NCBI GenBank assembly: GCA_977017575.1
Contig: CDRNVI010000148.1
Location: 62,001 to 126,000, forward strand
Length of the DNA: 64,000 nucleotides
Origin: Paramoeba atlantica
Lineage: Eukaryota > Protista > Discosea
Direction of reading: 5' to 3'
Both the position numbers and the translations under genes were made by a program. How positions within the stretch are numbered: the stretch's first letter is position 1; every line of letters starts with the position of its first letter. This document shows positions 44,324 through 55,495 of this stretch, one piece after another. A model generated the notes under the pieces. The model saw only the letters and a list, made by a program, of their open reading frames with translations, ran no database searches and was not told the DNA's origin.

Positions 44324-47300
44324 ATGAAAAAGAAAGGGACCTGGGGTAGAAAGAGACAGAATTCTCAGATTCTTTCTCTCTCCTCGTCGTCTCCCTTTCG
44401 CCCATCTTCTCCCGAACCCCGTGTTCGGGAGAAAGAAAAGAGACCAGAGAAAGAGAAAGAGAAAGATGGTGAGAAAAAAGAATCGGGTGGAGAGATTCCT
44501 CCGATCTCTGAGTTAAATGTTCGGTTGTCTCACTTTCTAGTTGAAAAGTTTGTTCTCTTCCTTTTTTTCCTCCCTAAAAATTCTGTTTTTCCAAAATGAT
44601 CCATCCTTGTGATGTATCATCACAATGAACCATGACAACAACCCACAACCTTCCTCTTTTTGTCTTTTTGTCTTTTTATCTTTTTTTCGAGACCAAAAAT
44701 CTAATTCTTTGTAATGAAGAGGTGCTGACGCAAAACAATTATCTGAAGTTTTGGGGTGGGGTCCTTCGAAGAAATGGAACTTCATTAACAAACACCAAAC
44801 CCCTTCTTCTACATTTGGGTCAGCCTTTTCTCCCTTTTCCTTCTCTCTTTTTTCCCAAGAGTGTTTCTCTTTTAATCATAACAAAATACAGAGACAAACT
44901 AAGATGGGAAAAGGCGACTGTCAATGAGTTCGTCGATCATTTGGTTCGTTCCAAACCCCAAAAAATCGAGCCTTCTTTTCTTTCTGTCTTGCACAACAAA
45001 TTGAAAGTCAAAAGTTGGATTAAAAGTTTTATGAAGTTTGGGGGAATCTCATATTTGTGGAATTTTTTCTTGGCTGTTCGTCTTGAAAGGTACTTTCTTT
45101 GGACTTGGTCTTATTGTGTGGTCTGTTGTTGAATGATTTGTCGATTGTTTTCGTTTTTCTTTTTTGCTAACAAATTGTTTCTTGTTCCTTCTTGAAAAGA
45201 AACGACACATTACATACAGAAGCTCTCAAATTAATTCGTGTATCTTGTAACTTCAAAGCAGTTCGAACGATGTTGACAAAAAACGACCTCCTGAACGACT
45301 TTATCTTCTCTCTCGCGGTCCGAAGTGAACCAGCAATCGATTATGTCTTACAAATTTTGATCATTCTATGTGCCAAAATCTCATCAGGAACCCAGCTTGT
45401 CATTCACTCCTTTGGTTACTTTGCGACAGAGAGAAAAGAAAAGAGATACCAATTTTTAGTTCATGTGTTGCGCCATGCAAGGATGAGATCGGTTCGTGAA
45501 AATACCCTCTTTTTGATTAATGAGTTGTTAGAGGGAGAAGGGAGAGAAGGATTTTGTGAGAGGATGGAGTTGAGGCGGGAGTTTATCCATTTGAGTATCC
45601 TAGATGTTATCGATCACCTTTTGGGGTTTTTTGTTTTTTTAATTCATTTTGTAATTGAATTTTTTTTACAACTTTCTTTTAAACTTTGTCTTTCTGAACA
45701 GAAGAGAAGATCTCTCCGATGGGATGGTCCAACAAATTAACATCTTTCGTGAGAGTCAGGCATTAGATGAAAAGGAATGGCAAGAGAAGAAAGAAGACGA
45801 ATTTGGACAACTTGATTTAAAGGATCCAATGGGGATCGCGAGGGCAGTATTAGATCAGGTCCAAAAAGTTCTTTCACTTTTTTTCTTTTTCCTTTCTCTG
45901 ACCCTTTTCTCTTCTTTTCTTGACGAGTAGGCAGAGGGAAACGAAACACTTCAATACACATTCTCAAATGTATTTCTGAATATGCTTCAACTTCAACCTC
46001 AATCTCAAACATCACTTTCAGCACTTCAGGTTAACTCCCCTCGGATTTCCTCTCGATCTTAAATAACACATTCTCAATTCCTCAGATTATTGACACCTTT
46101 TTATTGGCTGTTACGGATGAGAAACGAGAGAACGATCTTCTGACAGCCGATCAAACTCGTGAGCTGTTACAAAATTGTGCTTCTGCTCCAAGGTTTGTTT
46201 CTTCCTCCCTTCAAATGGCGATTATTGAATGATGAAATAGAAAATCAGAGCCGAATCTAGAAGGATGGTCTTCTTCTTCCTTGCCTTCCTCTTCTTCTTC
46301 TTCCTCTTCTTCTTCCTCTTCCTCTTCCTCTTCCTCTTCCTCTCCCTCTCCCTCTCCCTCGTCTCCCTCGTCTCCCTCATCTCCTTCCTCTTCCCACCCT
46401 CTCCCCTCATCATCATCTACCCTCTCTTCTTCTCCCTCCCCCTCGTCTCCCTCGTCTCCATCTCTTTCCTCTTCTATTGTCTCCTCTTCAATTCCCCCTC
46501 CACCTCCACCACCACCTCTTCCTGGAAGCTCTCTAAGTTCTTTTTTTCCAACCCTCTCTTTTTCTTGGTTCGCTTCTAATTTAACTCTTCTTAGTGAATC
46601 TTCTAAACATCAAATCGCGAAAATTATCTTTAGAGCGATCGGAACCTTCCAGCAAAATGCAGGTTCTTTTTGCTCTTAATTGTGTTCTTAAAGTAAAGTC
46701 AAAGAGAATATTTTGGAGGAGAAAAAAAGAGAAAAGAGATAGGGCTCATATCAAATCGAATAGGGATTGCATTGGACCAAGTTACCACAAATGAAAATCA
46801 AAGGTTCCATGTGGGAATCTGAACCAACCTTTTCTCCGTCTGATCTTCAAGTTTTCATTTTTTCTGCCCTTTCTGCCTTTGTTTCTCCTTCTCATTTTCG
46901 AACAGGTTCTCGATTTGGAAGAACATTTTCGTGTGGATGAGTCGAAGAAACAAAATGAACGTCATGTTGAGAAAAAGAAGGTTTTTTTTTTTGAAGAAAA
47001 GAAAAAAGGAAAGAAGAAGTCTTCAAATTCTAAAATTATCTCTTCATACAGGTTGTCCCACAACTCCTTGATGCTCGGAGGTCACAAAATTTAAGTATTT
47101 TTTTACAAACCTCGAAAAAGTCTCCTTTTGAAATCCAAAGGCACGTTATGAATCTGAACTGGGAGGTCTTTTTTTAATTTTTTTCAACATCTCTTTTCTC
47201 TTCTCAATCTTAAAATTGGCCAGGTTTTGACCTTAGAAATTATTAAACAATTAAAACATTTTGTTCCTACAAAAGATGAAATCTCATCAATATCCGAGTG

Positions 47301-49528
47301 GCGAGATTTGAACGATCAGAAGCCAGTTTTCTTTCTCTCTTTTTATTAACAGAAGTGACTTATAAAATTTTTGTTCTTCTGATAAAATTAATCTTTGTGA
47401 ATTCCAGTTGGAGGAAAGGGTCGAGTTGCCCATTGCGGAAACTTTCTTGGAAGTAATGGCAACTGTCAATCATCTTTCAGAACGTCTTCAAGTAATTTTT
47501 TTTTTCTCTGTTCTTTTTTCAATTTTTATTTAAAAATGGATGAACTGAATTTTTTTATTTTATTTTTCTTTCGATATTTAGATTTTGGAAACTCGTTTAA
47601 ATCACCATTCTTTGATGGAGCAGGTCGAACAAAATCTGGATTTGTTACAAAGAGCTCTTGTTGAAGTTCTTTTTCTTTTTTTTTTTTGTTTTTTTGAAAA
47701 TTACTTATTGGAGTTCAAAAAGATAAAAAATTCCACAAAATTAGAGAGAATTTTGGAGTTTATTTTGCATCTTGGTTCTTCTTTCTTTCTTTCTTTCTTA
47801 TTTGTCACTTTCTTCTTCGTCTTTTTTCCTCCCTTTAAACTTTTCGTGCAGGAAATTACATCAATACAGGAACTAATAAGGGAAAATGTGACGGATTTCA
47901 AATTTCTTTTCTTCGCCGACTCCCCCTTTTCCGAAGGTTTTTTTTTTTTTTCCTTTCTCTTTCCTTTTTCTCCCTTTGAATTCTTTGTTCAGTAAACGAA
48001 ATCCACAAATGAACTTGGTGACCTTTCTTGTAATATTTTTAGAGAAATCCTTCCCAAGTCTTCTTGAGGTTTGCTTTCTCGATCTCTTCTATGCTTTCTT
48101 TTTTTCATTTCTCACTTTTCTTTCCTCTTGATTGAAAAGATATCGGAATTGATCGAAACAGTTCAAGAAGCTTCAAAAGTTGATGTTCAATTTGTGTCTA
48201 ATTCCATTTCTACCCTCTTTTCTGGAATGAATTTTGTCAAGAAGGTTTTAAGTTCTGTTTTTCAAAAGATATTGTGATTTCAGAGATAAAAGAAGAAAAA
48301 GATCTGACCTTTCTTTTAGACAATTCCAAAATTGGGAAACTCAAAATCAGACAAATGTGTCAATCTGATGGGTACTTCTTTCACTCTTTCTGTTAAATTT
48401 GACAAAAAAAAAAACTCACATTTTGAACAGAAAAATGGGTTGGAGAAAATTTTCAAAAAGTCAAAACAGTTGCCAAATTTAAACAGAAAGCTGACGCTCT
48501 TCATCAGGAGGTAACTTACCTTTTTTTCTTTCTTTCTTTCAATGAGATTCTTTTCTTGTTTTCTATTCTTTTATTCAAATTCCCTCTAACGATTTTTGTT
48601 CCCCTTCACAGGTTTGTCTGAGATTTGGAGAAGATCCGAAAGGGACTGACACACAAGAATTGTGTGATATTCTCAATTCATTTTTCTCCCAAGTTCAAAA
48701 GGAAAGAAAGAAATTGGAGCAAGAGGCGAACCAAAGGGAGAAAGAAAAGAAGCGAGGGGAAGCAAGAATGAAAAAATTAGGTATTTTTGGGTTCCTTTTC
48801 TTTTCTTTTCTTTTCTAAATATTCTTTTTGTTTCCAATAGAAAAAAAAGAAAATGGAATTCCGAAAAAGAAAGACTCATTTGACCTTGCTGTTGACAATC
48901 TATTCGAAAATATGAAAGCTGGACGACAAAAACGTAATTTTCTCCCCTTTTTCCCTTTTTCTTTATCTCCTTTTCTTTCATTTTGGGATTGATCTCTTTG
49001 TCCCCAAAGGAATTCAAGAAAGACAAAATGGACATTCCCACATCCCGACACCAAACTCCCCCATTGTAACAAAACGACCAATGCGAACAAGACAAAGACA
49101 AAGACGAAACTGGGCAGATATTTCTCTTGAGATTGGCACTCCCATTCCTTCAAAAATATCTTTAGGTGAAGAACAAGAAGGAGGAGAAGAAAGAAGGGAA
49201 GAAGAAGGAGAAGAGAAGAGAGAGGGAGAAGAGAGAAGAGGAGAGGGGACTGCTCTTGGTCTTGCACTTGAAGTTGATGGGATTAGCCGACAAAGGAGAG
49301 AGAGAAGAAAAGGGATGGGTGGGCAGAGAAGGCGAGTGTCTGTTCCAATTGGCAATTTAGATGAATTTGATCTTGCCTCTTTTCAGTTTATTATTTCTTC
49401 TTTTTTTTCTTTTCTCCTCGTTCGTCTTCATTTTTGAAGTTTGGTTGATACTCAATTAATTCCCCAACAGAGCGGTTGCAAAAGAAAGACGTGCAGAAAG
49501 GAGAAAATCTCTTGGAATTGATTTCTAA
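44324..49528 (+). CDS. Diaphanous-related formin (GBD/FH3 - FH1 - FH2 - DAD), many exons
   Basis: PPISELNVRLSHFLVEK..SKKWNF (GBD); RENTLFLINELL..RMELRREF (FH3); Ser/Pro tract ending IPPPPPPPPLPG (FH1); GLHWTKLP..GSMW, LLDARRSQNL, ILEFILHLG, RFGEDP (FH2); VDNLFENMKAG (DAD-like). Confidence 0.9.
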
Positions 49529-49647
49529 TTGCCAAAAATCAGCTGATTGACCTCCCAACCAAAGATGATATTTTGAAAAAGAACTGCACAAAGAATTTTT
49601 TTTTGAAATCATTTTTCTCTTTTGTGAAAACCAAAATCTGAAATTTA

Positions 49648-49938
49648 TTATTCAAATTTGTAATAATGTCTTTTGATCTTTGGAGGGTGGCCGTTCTTCT
49701 TTTCCACCACTTTTCCCTCCTCCTTCTTATCCCCTTCCTTCTTCTCGATCTTAAACGAATATCCATGAGCCATCGCATCTTCCATTTCGTCACGTTTACC
49801 ACGAGTCTTCTTCTGTTGCTGAAATTTCTGGTACCTCTTCAAAAGTCTAGTCGAACCCTCTTTACCAAAGACAATATGGAACTTCTCATCTTTCTTGAAG
49901 CACAAGGGTTGAGGTGGTGGTACCACCTCTTCTTCGTC
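49648..49938 (-). pseudogene. Orphan 3' half of an unknown gene, cut off at a rearrangement junction
   Basis: Coding-like LDEEEVVPPPQPLCFKKDEKFHIVFGKEGSTRLLKRYQKF..AHGYSFKIEKK..YYKFE-stop with no start. It abuts directly on the antisense array-gene fragment at 49939. Confidence 0.5.
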
Positions 49939-50065
49939 AAGAAATTGTGAATGGTTTTGGGAATTTATTGATGATGATGAAGACGAAAATGCTATTCACC
50001 TTCGAATCTGTAAATTTTTTGAAGAGAACATCCAACAATGTCAAATCAAGCCAGCAAAGAGGTGA
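49939..50065 (+). pseudogene. 3' fragment of the ~155-aa array gene family
   Basis: RNCEWFWEFIDDDEDENAIHLRICKFFEENIQQCQIKPAKR-stop; the 5' three quarters are missing. Confidence 0.85.
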
Positions 50066-50129
50066 TGATGAATTGAGGAGTTTTTTGTTTGTTTTTGTTT
50101 TGTTTATTGAATTGTGTTGAGAATGAACT

Positions 50130-50540
50130 TTAAGCCTTGGAGACCTTGAATTGACCGTGCTTTCCGTGTTTGACATTCTTTGGTTCTTTGGGCTTTCCAT
50201 TATCATGGAATCCAACTCCATGCCCACGACTGGCGGTGGATTCGAGGCAGTAGTGGTTTCCGTGCTTCGAAACTTCAAACACACACCATTTCCCTCCCTT
50301 TCCAACCTTCAAGTGTCCATCCTTTCCAACTTTGAGGAACTTTCCACCGTGAGCAACGTTCTCCAACTTGACATGTTGGGGTTTGGAACCCTTGTTGAGA
50401 CGATGGACCTTCCAGGTGGCGGGTTTTCGATCACCACCATCAGCAGTAACTTCGCTTCCATCGAACTTCAAGTTCTTTCCAGAGGCTTCGTTGTGGAGGT
50501 GGAGGTGGTTTCCTTCTTGCCAAAATCGAGCAGCTGCCAT
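50130..50540 (-). CDS. His/Lys/Gly-rich beta-trefoil protein (hisactophilin/fascin-like), 136 aa, intronless
   Basis: Three internal repeats HLHNEASGKNLKFDGS / VKLENVAHGGKFLKVGKDG / YCLESTASRGHGVGFHDNG, typical of fascin-type beta-trefoil lobes. Many His residues. Confidence 0.7.
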   Translation of the reverse strand: MAAARFWQEGNHLHLHNEASGKNLKFDGSEVTADGGDRKPATWKVHRLNKGSKPQHVKLENVAHGGKFLKVGKDGHLKVGKGGKWCVFEVSKHGNHYCLESTASRGHGVGFHDNGKPKEPKNVKHGKHGQFKVSKA

Positions 50541-50851
50541 TTTTTTTTTGGAGTTTTGATTTGAGTTTCGAGAAATTGTCGAGTGATAAAGGATCGAGAG
50601 AGTCCTCTCTTTGCGACAACCTTGCGAAAAAGAAGAACCTTGCCAAACGAAAAACGAGAACGACACCTTTTCAGAATGGTGCGTTTTTATATTTTATTTT
50701 GTATTATTTTTTGTCAAAAGCAAAAATACAAATCATCCAACACTCATTTGAAAGTAGTACTCCCGGAAAGGAAAACGCGTTTTGGCTTTTTCCTTCTCTC
50801 TCTTCTTGGCGATCAAAGAAGAAAATCCCCTTCGATATCTTTTGTGTTGAG

Positions 50852-53014
50852 ATGCAGTTACGAGGGGGAAAAAGGAAGAGAGAGGAGAATGAGTTGGAGA
50901 AAGAAGAAAAAGTTAAAGAGAATGAGATTCAAGGAGAAACAAGAAGGATAAAGAAGGGTGAGCTTGATGAAAAAACCGTTGGGGAAGGTTTTCGATGTGG
51001 AATCTGTTTTGAGATAATGAGTTGGGAGAGATCGCCAAGAGTGTTGCCATGTGGACATTCTTTTTGTTCTGAATGCCTCTCCAAGCTTCTTCATATTCAA
51101 CAACAACAACAACAACCCCAAACACCACCCAGCTCCTCTCTTCATGGAGATTCTGATGTCCCTCCTCACTTTCCAGAACCACAAATCCCTCATCGCCTCT
51201 CTCGAACCACCCCTCCAACTCATCTGATTGATAAACGAGTAACTCTTCCCACTCCCCTCTCCTCCTCCTCCACCTCCTCCTCCTCTTCTTCGATTTCATT
51301 TTCATTTTCTTTTTCTTCAGGAGAGGTTGGAACAAGTAGTGTGGGAAAGGGTAATTGTCCTTTTTGTCGAAGTGTAATTGAGTGCAAGTCGATCGAATCT
51401 CTCCCCCACAATTATTTAATCCCTGAAACGATTGATGTTCTTCTTTCTTCTCAAGTATTATCTTTAGATCATTCACCAGGTTTGAGTTTTGAATTATTTT
51501 TCTCTCCTTTTTCTTTGTCTCTGATCTTTTTCTCAATTTCGTGAATTTGGAACAGAAGAAAAATCGAGATGCGTCAACTTTAAAAGATGTGGGGAGCAAA
51601 CATCGATGTATTGCCCCAATTGCGAAGTATTCATTTGTGATTCCTGTAATTTATCTCATTCTTCAAGCGTCTTTACTCAGAATCACAAACGGCAACAACA
51701 ATCTTCTTATTCTGCTGGTGGTGGTTCAAATTCGTTCGAAACAATCAAGAAGAAACATTGTTCTGAACACTCTTCTGAGTTTGTGTTTGGGTATTGTTTT
51801 GGGTGTTCTGTTTTTGTTTGTGGTTGTTGTATTTTGGGGAGTCATAGTGAACATAAGGAAATGATATTTTCACTTGCTGAAAGTGCGAAAAAAAGAAGAG
51901 ATCAAGTTGCAAAGATTGGAGATGATCTGAGGAGAAGAATGCAAGTTATTGAAAAGATACAACAGGAGAATGTAGATGAAATCAAGTCATTGAAGGAGAA
52001 ATTAATGAAGAAAGAGAAGGAGCAAAAAGAATTAGAGTTGGAAATTGGGGACTTGAAGATGAGACATGATACAATTGGTCGATTGTCTAATATGCCGACA
52101 GATGATTCGATTTTGAATGAAAATATCTTTTCAACACTTCTCCAAACTGCCAATGATCTTGTGGATGAGATGATCCAAAAGAAAGAAACATTCGAGGAGA
52201 GGGAAGATACTCGTGAACTTCAAGTTTCCTTTCCTTGGGAAGGATCTCCATGGGGAGTCAGCGCGAATAGTGGAGGGAACATTCTTGTGGCTGAAAGGAT
52301 GAAAAATGTAACGCTGAGGAATCGAGAAAATGGATCTCTTATTCGGACATTTGACTCTCTTAATCGCTCTTTTGGATTATTTGATGATCCAATCGATGTT
52401 TCATGTGGAACAGAGGATCAAGTTGTTGTCCTTGATACCGCGAAATGTCAAGTTGTGATATTCAACAAAGAAGGCCACTATGTCAGGTCCTTTGGATCAT
52501 GTGGTTCTCGATATGGCGAATTTAAAGGTCCTTGTAGCGTGGTAGTTGATAAAGAAAATCAAATTATTGTTGCTGATAGTGGTAATCACCGAATTCAAGT
52601 ATTTGGATCTGATGGGAGATTTATTCGATGTTTTGGGAGATAGAAGGGCAGTTCTTCTCTCCTACTGGAGTGGCGATTGATCGAGATGGACATCTTGTTA
52701 TTTCGGACCTTGGAAATCATCGAATTCAAGTGATGGGAATTGAAGGGAATTTTCTTTTTGCTTTTGGAAGTTACGGACCAAAAGATTCTGAATTGAGTTT
52801 TCCACAGAGCGTTTCAGTGGATGGAAAAGGTCGGATTGTTGTTTGTGATTCAGGAAATGAACGGATGTGTGTTTTTGAAAAAGATGGAACTTTTCTTTTT
52901 TCTTTTGGTGATGGTAAACTGAACAGTCCTCGTTGTGTTGCGAGTGATAGATATGGCCATATTATTTCTGATTGTTTTTTGGAAGGTGAAAAGACTGTTC
53001 AATTGTGGTTGTAA
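50852..53014 (+). pseudogene. TRIM-NHL gene (RING - B-box x2 - coiled coil - NHL beta-propeller) with a frameshift in the NHL repeats
   Basis: RING CGICFEIMSWERSPRVLPCGHSFC..CPFC. B-boxes and the intron after the RING match TRIM A/B. NHL repeats: FKGPCSVVVD..IIVADSGNHRIQVFGSDGRFIRCFG, FFSPTGVAID..VISDLGNHRIQV, SFPQSVSVD. The frame changes with TAG at 52641-52643 (about 10 nt short of the repeat consensus). This may be an assembly error. Confidence 0.8.
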
Positions 53015-53335
53015 ATTTCTGTCAAATTTTCTCAGTTTAAATTAGGATGTCATGGAAAGTGTTGAATCAAATTTCAAAAGAAGGCAGTTGGGAATAATTC
53101 CCACAAATTCAAGGAAACCAAACCAAAAAACCAATTGAATGAAATTTCATTTTCTAAATTTGAAATCATGGGTTTGCTTTCAAAAAATGATCCCAACCAA
53201 AATGAAATCACAACAAACTTTTTCTCAGTTGTAAAAATTGGCTTCCTTGGTGTCCTTTTTGGGTGGTATTTCAAATTTGGTTTTTCGTTTCAGCTTTTTT
53301 GGTTTTTGGTTTTTGGTTTTTTGGTTTTGGAGAGG

Positions 53336-53800
53336 ATGAGTGATGACGAACAGTGGAAGGCAAGAATTTTAGTGAGCAAGACTTGGGGTGAAGAATTGAA
53401 GGGGTTAAAAGAAAGAACATCGAAAGTGCTCTTCTTCGACCAACAAAAACTTTCTGAAGAAGAACTTATTCTCCCTTTTGATGGAGTTCTTTATTTCCCT
53501 CCAGGTGGTCTTCATTTTCTTTCAACAGAGGAACTCGATGAAGAAGCGGAAAGTGTTGAGAAACTTGGTTGTGTTGTTGGTGGACTTGAAGGAAAATGTT
53601 TGGGAATTTGGGTTGATTCGGATGATTGGGATTTGAAAGATACAATGGTAGAGAAACTTCGTTTGAAAGAAAGAAATTTTGAGTGGTGTTGGGATTATGT
53701 CGATAATGGCGAGAAAGAAAATGATCTCCACATTCGATTATGTCAATTTTTTGAAGAGAATACCAAACAACAATGTCAAATCAAGCCAGCAAAGAGGTGA
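53336..53800 (+). CDS. Array gene copy 1 (154 aa, unknown; predicted flavodoxin-like alpha/beta fold)
   Basis: KARILV..KLSEEELILPFDGVLYFPP..LEGKCLGIWV..KLRLKERNFEWCWDY..CQIKPAKR. Confidence 0.85.
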   Translation: MSDDEQWKARILVSKTWGEELKGLKERTSKVLFFDQQKLSEEELILPFDGVLYFPPGGLHFLSTEELDEEAESVEKLGCVVGGLEGKCLGIWVDSDDWDLKDTMVEKLRLKERNFEWCWDYVDNGEKENDLHIRLCQFFEENTKQQCQIKPAKR

Positions 53801-53862
53801 TGATGAATTGAGGATTTTTGTTTATTTTTGTTTTGTTTATTGAATTGTGTTGAGAATGAAAC

Positions 53863-53913
53863 TTGACATTCTTAGTTGTTGGGGTTTTCCATGAGAATTT
53901 ATCCAACTCCATG
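53863..53913 (-). pseudogene. Relic of the 3' end of the beta-trefoil gene in an array spacer
   Basis: GACATTCTT..GGGGTTTTCCAT..ATCCAACTCCATG matches 50172-50223 (HGVGFHDNGKPKEPKNV) in the same position relative to the family stop codon. Confidence 0.6.
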
Positions 53914-54074
53914 GAAAAGGTGGAGCCAACTTGCAAAAATGAAATCCCAACAAACCAAAAATGAAATCCCAACAAACTTTTTCTCGGTTGTAAAAATTCG
54001 TGTCTTTTTGGAGCGTTTCAAATTTGGTTTTCTGTTTTCTGTTTTCGTTTTCTCTCTTTTGGTTTTGGGGAAGG

Positions 54075-54542
54075 ATGAGTGATGGTGGTGAAGAGGAATG
54101 GAAGGCAAGAATTTTAGTGAACAGGACTTGGGCTGACGAAGTGAAGAACTTAAATGAAAGTACATCGAAAGTGATCTTCTTCGACCAACAAAAACTTTCT
54201 GAAGAAGAACTTGCTCTCCCTTTTGATGGAGCTCTTTTTTTGCCTCCGGCTGATCTTCGTCTTCTTTCAACAGAGGATCTTGATGAAGAAGTGGCAACAT
54301 TTGAGAAATTTGGTTGTGTGGTTGGACTTGAAGGAAAGTGTTTGGAAATTTGGGTTGTGGGGGCTGATCGGGATATGAAAGATACAATAGGAGAGAAACT
54401 TTGTTTGAAAGAAAGAAATTGTGAGTGGTGTTGGGATTATATTGGCGATGATGAGAGGATTGACGATCTCTATCTTCGAGTTGGTAAATTTTTTGAAGAG
54501 AATACTCAACAACAATGTCAAATCAAACCAGCAAAAAGGTGA
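54075..54542 (+). CDS. Array gene copy 2 (155 aa)
   Basis: Intact ORF with family motifs. Confidence 0.85.
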   Translation: MSDGGEEEWKARILVNRTWADEVKNLNESTSKVIFFDQQKLSEEELALPFDGALFLPPADLRLLSTEDLDEEVATFEKFGCVVGLEGKCLEIWVVGADRDMKDTIGEKLCLKERNCEWCWDYIGDDERIDDLYLRVGKFFEENTQQQCQIKPAKR

Positions 54543-54718
54543 TTTTTATTGAATCATCACTTTGAATGGGATTGATTTTGAACTGATTCACCATTTTGAA
54601 TGTCTTTTTTCTTCATTGTTTTGTGTTGAGAAAAAGTTTTGCAATTCATTTTCAAATTTTTTGTTGAAAGAGAAAGAGAAAGAGAAAGAGAAAGAAAAGA
54701 ACAAACTTTTTGGATTTT

Positions 54719-54748
54719 GACTTCAAGAATTTTAGAGTGCTATTTTTT
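54719..54748 (+). promoter_or_regulatory. Conserved upstream motif GACTTCAAGAATTTTAGAGTGCTATTTTTT about 40-75 nt before the ATG of array copies 3-7 and 9 (candidate promoter element)
   Basis: Recurs at about 54719, 55423, 56129, 56826, 57521 (variant) and 60911 while adjacent A/G-rich tracts vary. It may simply reflect recent duplication. Confidence 0.35.
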
Positions 54749-54785
54749 TCTGTTTTTGTTTTCTCTCTTTTGGTTTTGGGGAAGA

Positions 54786-55259
54786 ATGAGCGAGGGTGAT
54801 GAAGAGGAATGGAAGACAAGAATTTTAGTGAACAAGAATTGGAGTTACCTTGTGAGGAGGTTAAATGATAGTACATCGAAAGTGATCTTCTTAATCCAAG
54901 AAAAACTCTCTGAAGAAGAACTTGTTCTCCCTTTTGATGGAGCTCTTTATTTCCCTCGAACTGGTATTCGTACTTATTCAACAGAGGAACTCGATGAAGA
55001 AGTGGAAACATTTAAGAAATTTGTTCGTTTTGTTGGTGGAATTGAAGGAAAGTGTTTGGGGATTTGGGCTGAGGTGGATGATCGGGGTATGAAAGATACA
55101 ATGTTTGAGAAACTTCGTTTGAAAGAAAGAAATTGTGAGTGGTTTTGGGATTATATTGGCGATGATGGTGAGAGGATTGAGGATGTCTACCTTCGAATCT
55201 GTAAATTTTTTGAAAAGAATACTCACCAACAATGTCAATTCAAACCAGCAAAAAAGTGA
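54786..55259 (+). CDS. Array gene copy 3 (157 aa)
   Basis: Intact ORF with family motifs. Confidence 0.85.
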   Translation: MSEGDEEEWKTRILVNKNWSYLVRRLNDSTSKVIFLIQEKLSEEELVLPFDGALYFPRTGIRTYSTEELDEEVETFKKFVRFVGGIEGKCLGIWAEVDDRGMKDTMFEKLRLKERNCEWFWDYIGDDGERIEDVYLRICKFFEKNTHQQCQFKPAKK

Positions 55260-55495
55260 TTTTTATTGATCATCATTTTGAATGAGATTGATTTTGAACT
55301 GATTCACCATTTTGAATGTCTTTTCTCTTCATTGTTTTGTGTTGAGAAAAAGTTTTGCAAATTTTTTAAATTTTTTGTTGAAACGAAAGAGAAAGAGAAG
55401 GGAGAACAAACTTTTTGGATTTGACTTCAAGAATTTTAGAGTGCTATTTTTTTCTGTTTTTGTTGTTTTCTCTTCTCTTTTGGTTTTGGGGAAGG

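Noticed and set aside
46262-46530. Long TCC/TCT/CCC low-complexity tract as an independent repeat element
   Set aside because: It is the Ser/Pro-rich FH1 region of the formin.
52641-52643. TAG read-through or non-standard genetic code
   Set aside because: The downstream NHL repeats are in a different frame, so read-through would not restore them. TAA, TAG and TGA all terminate well-supported genes in this window.
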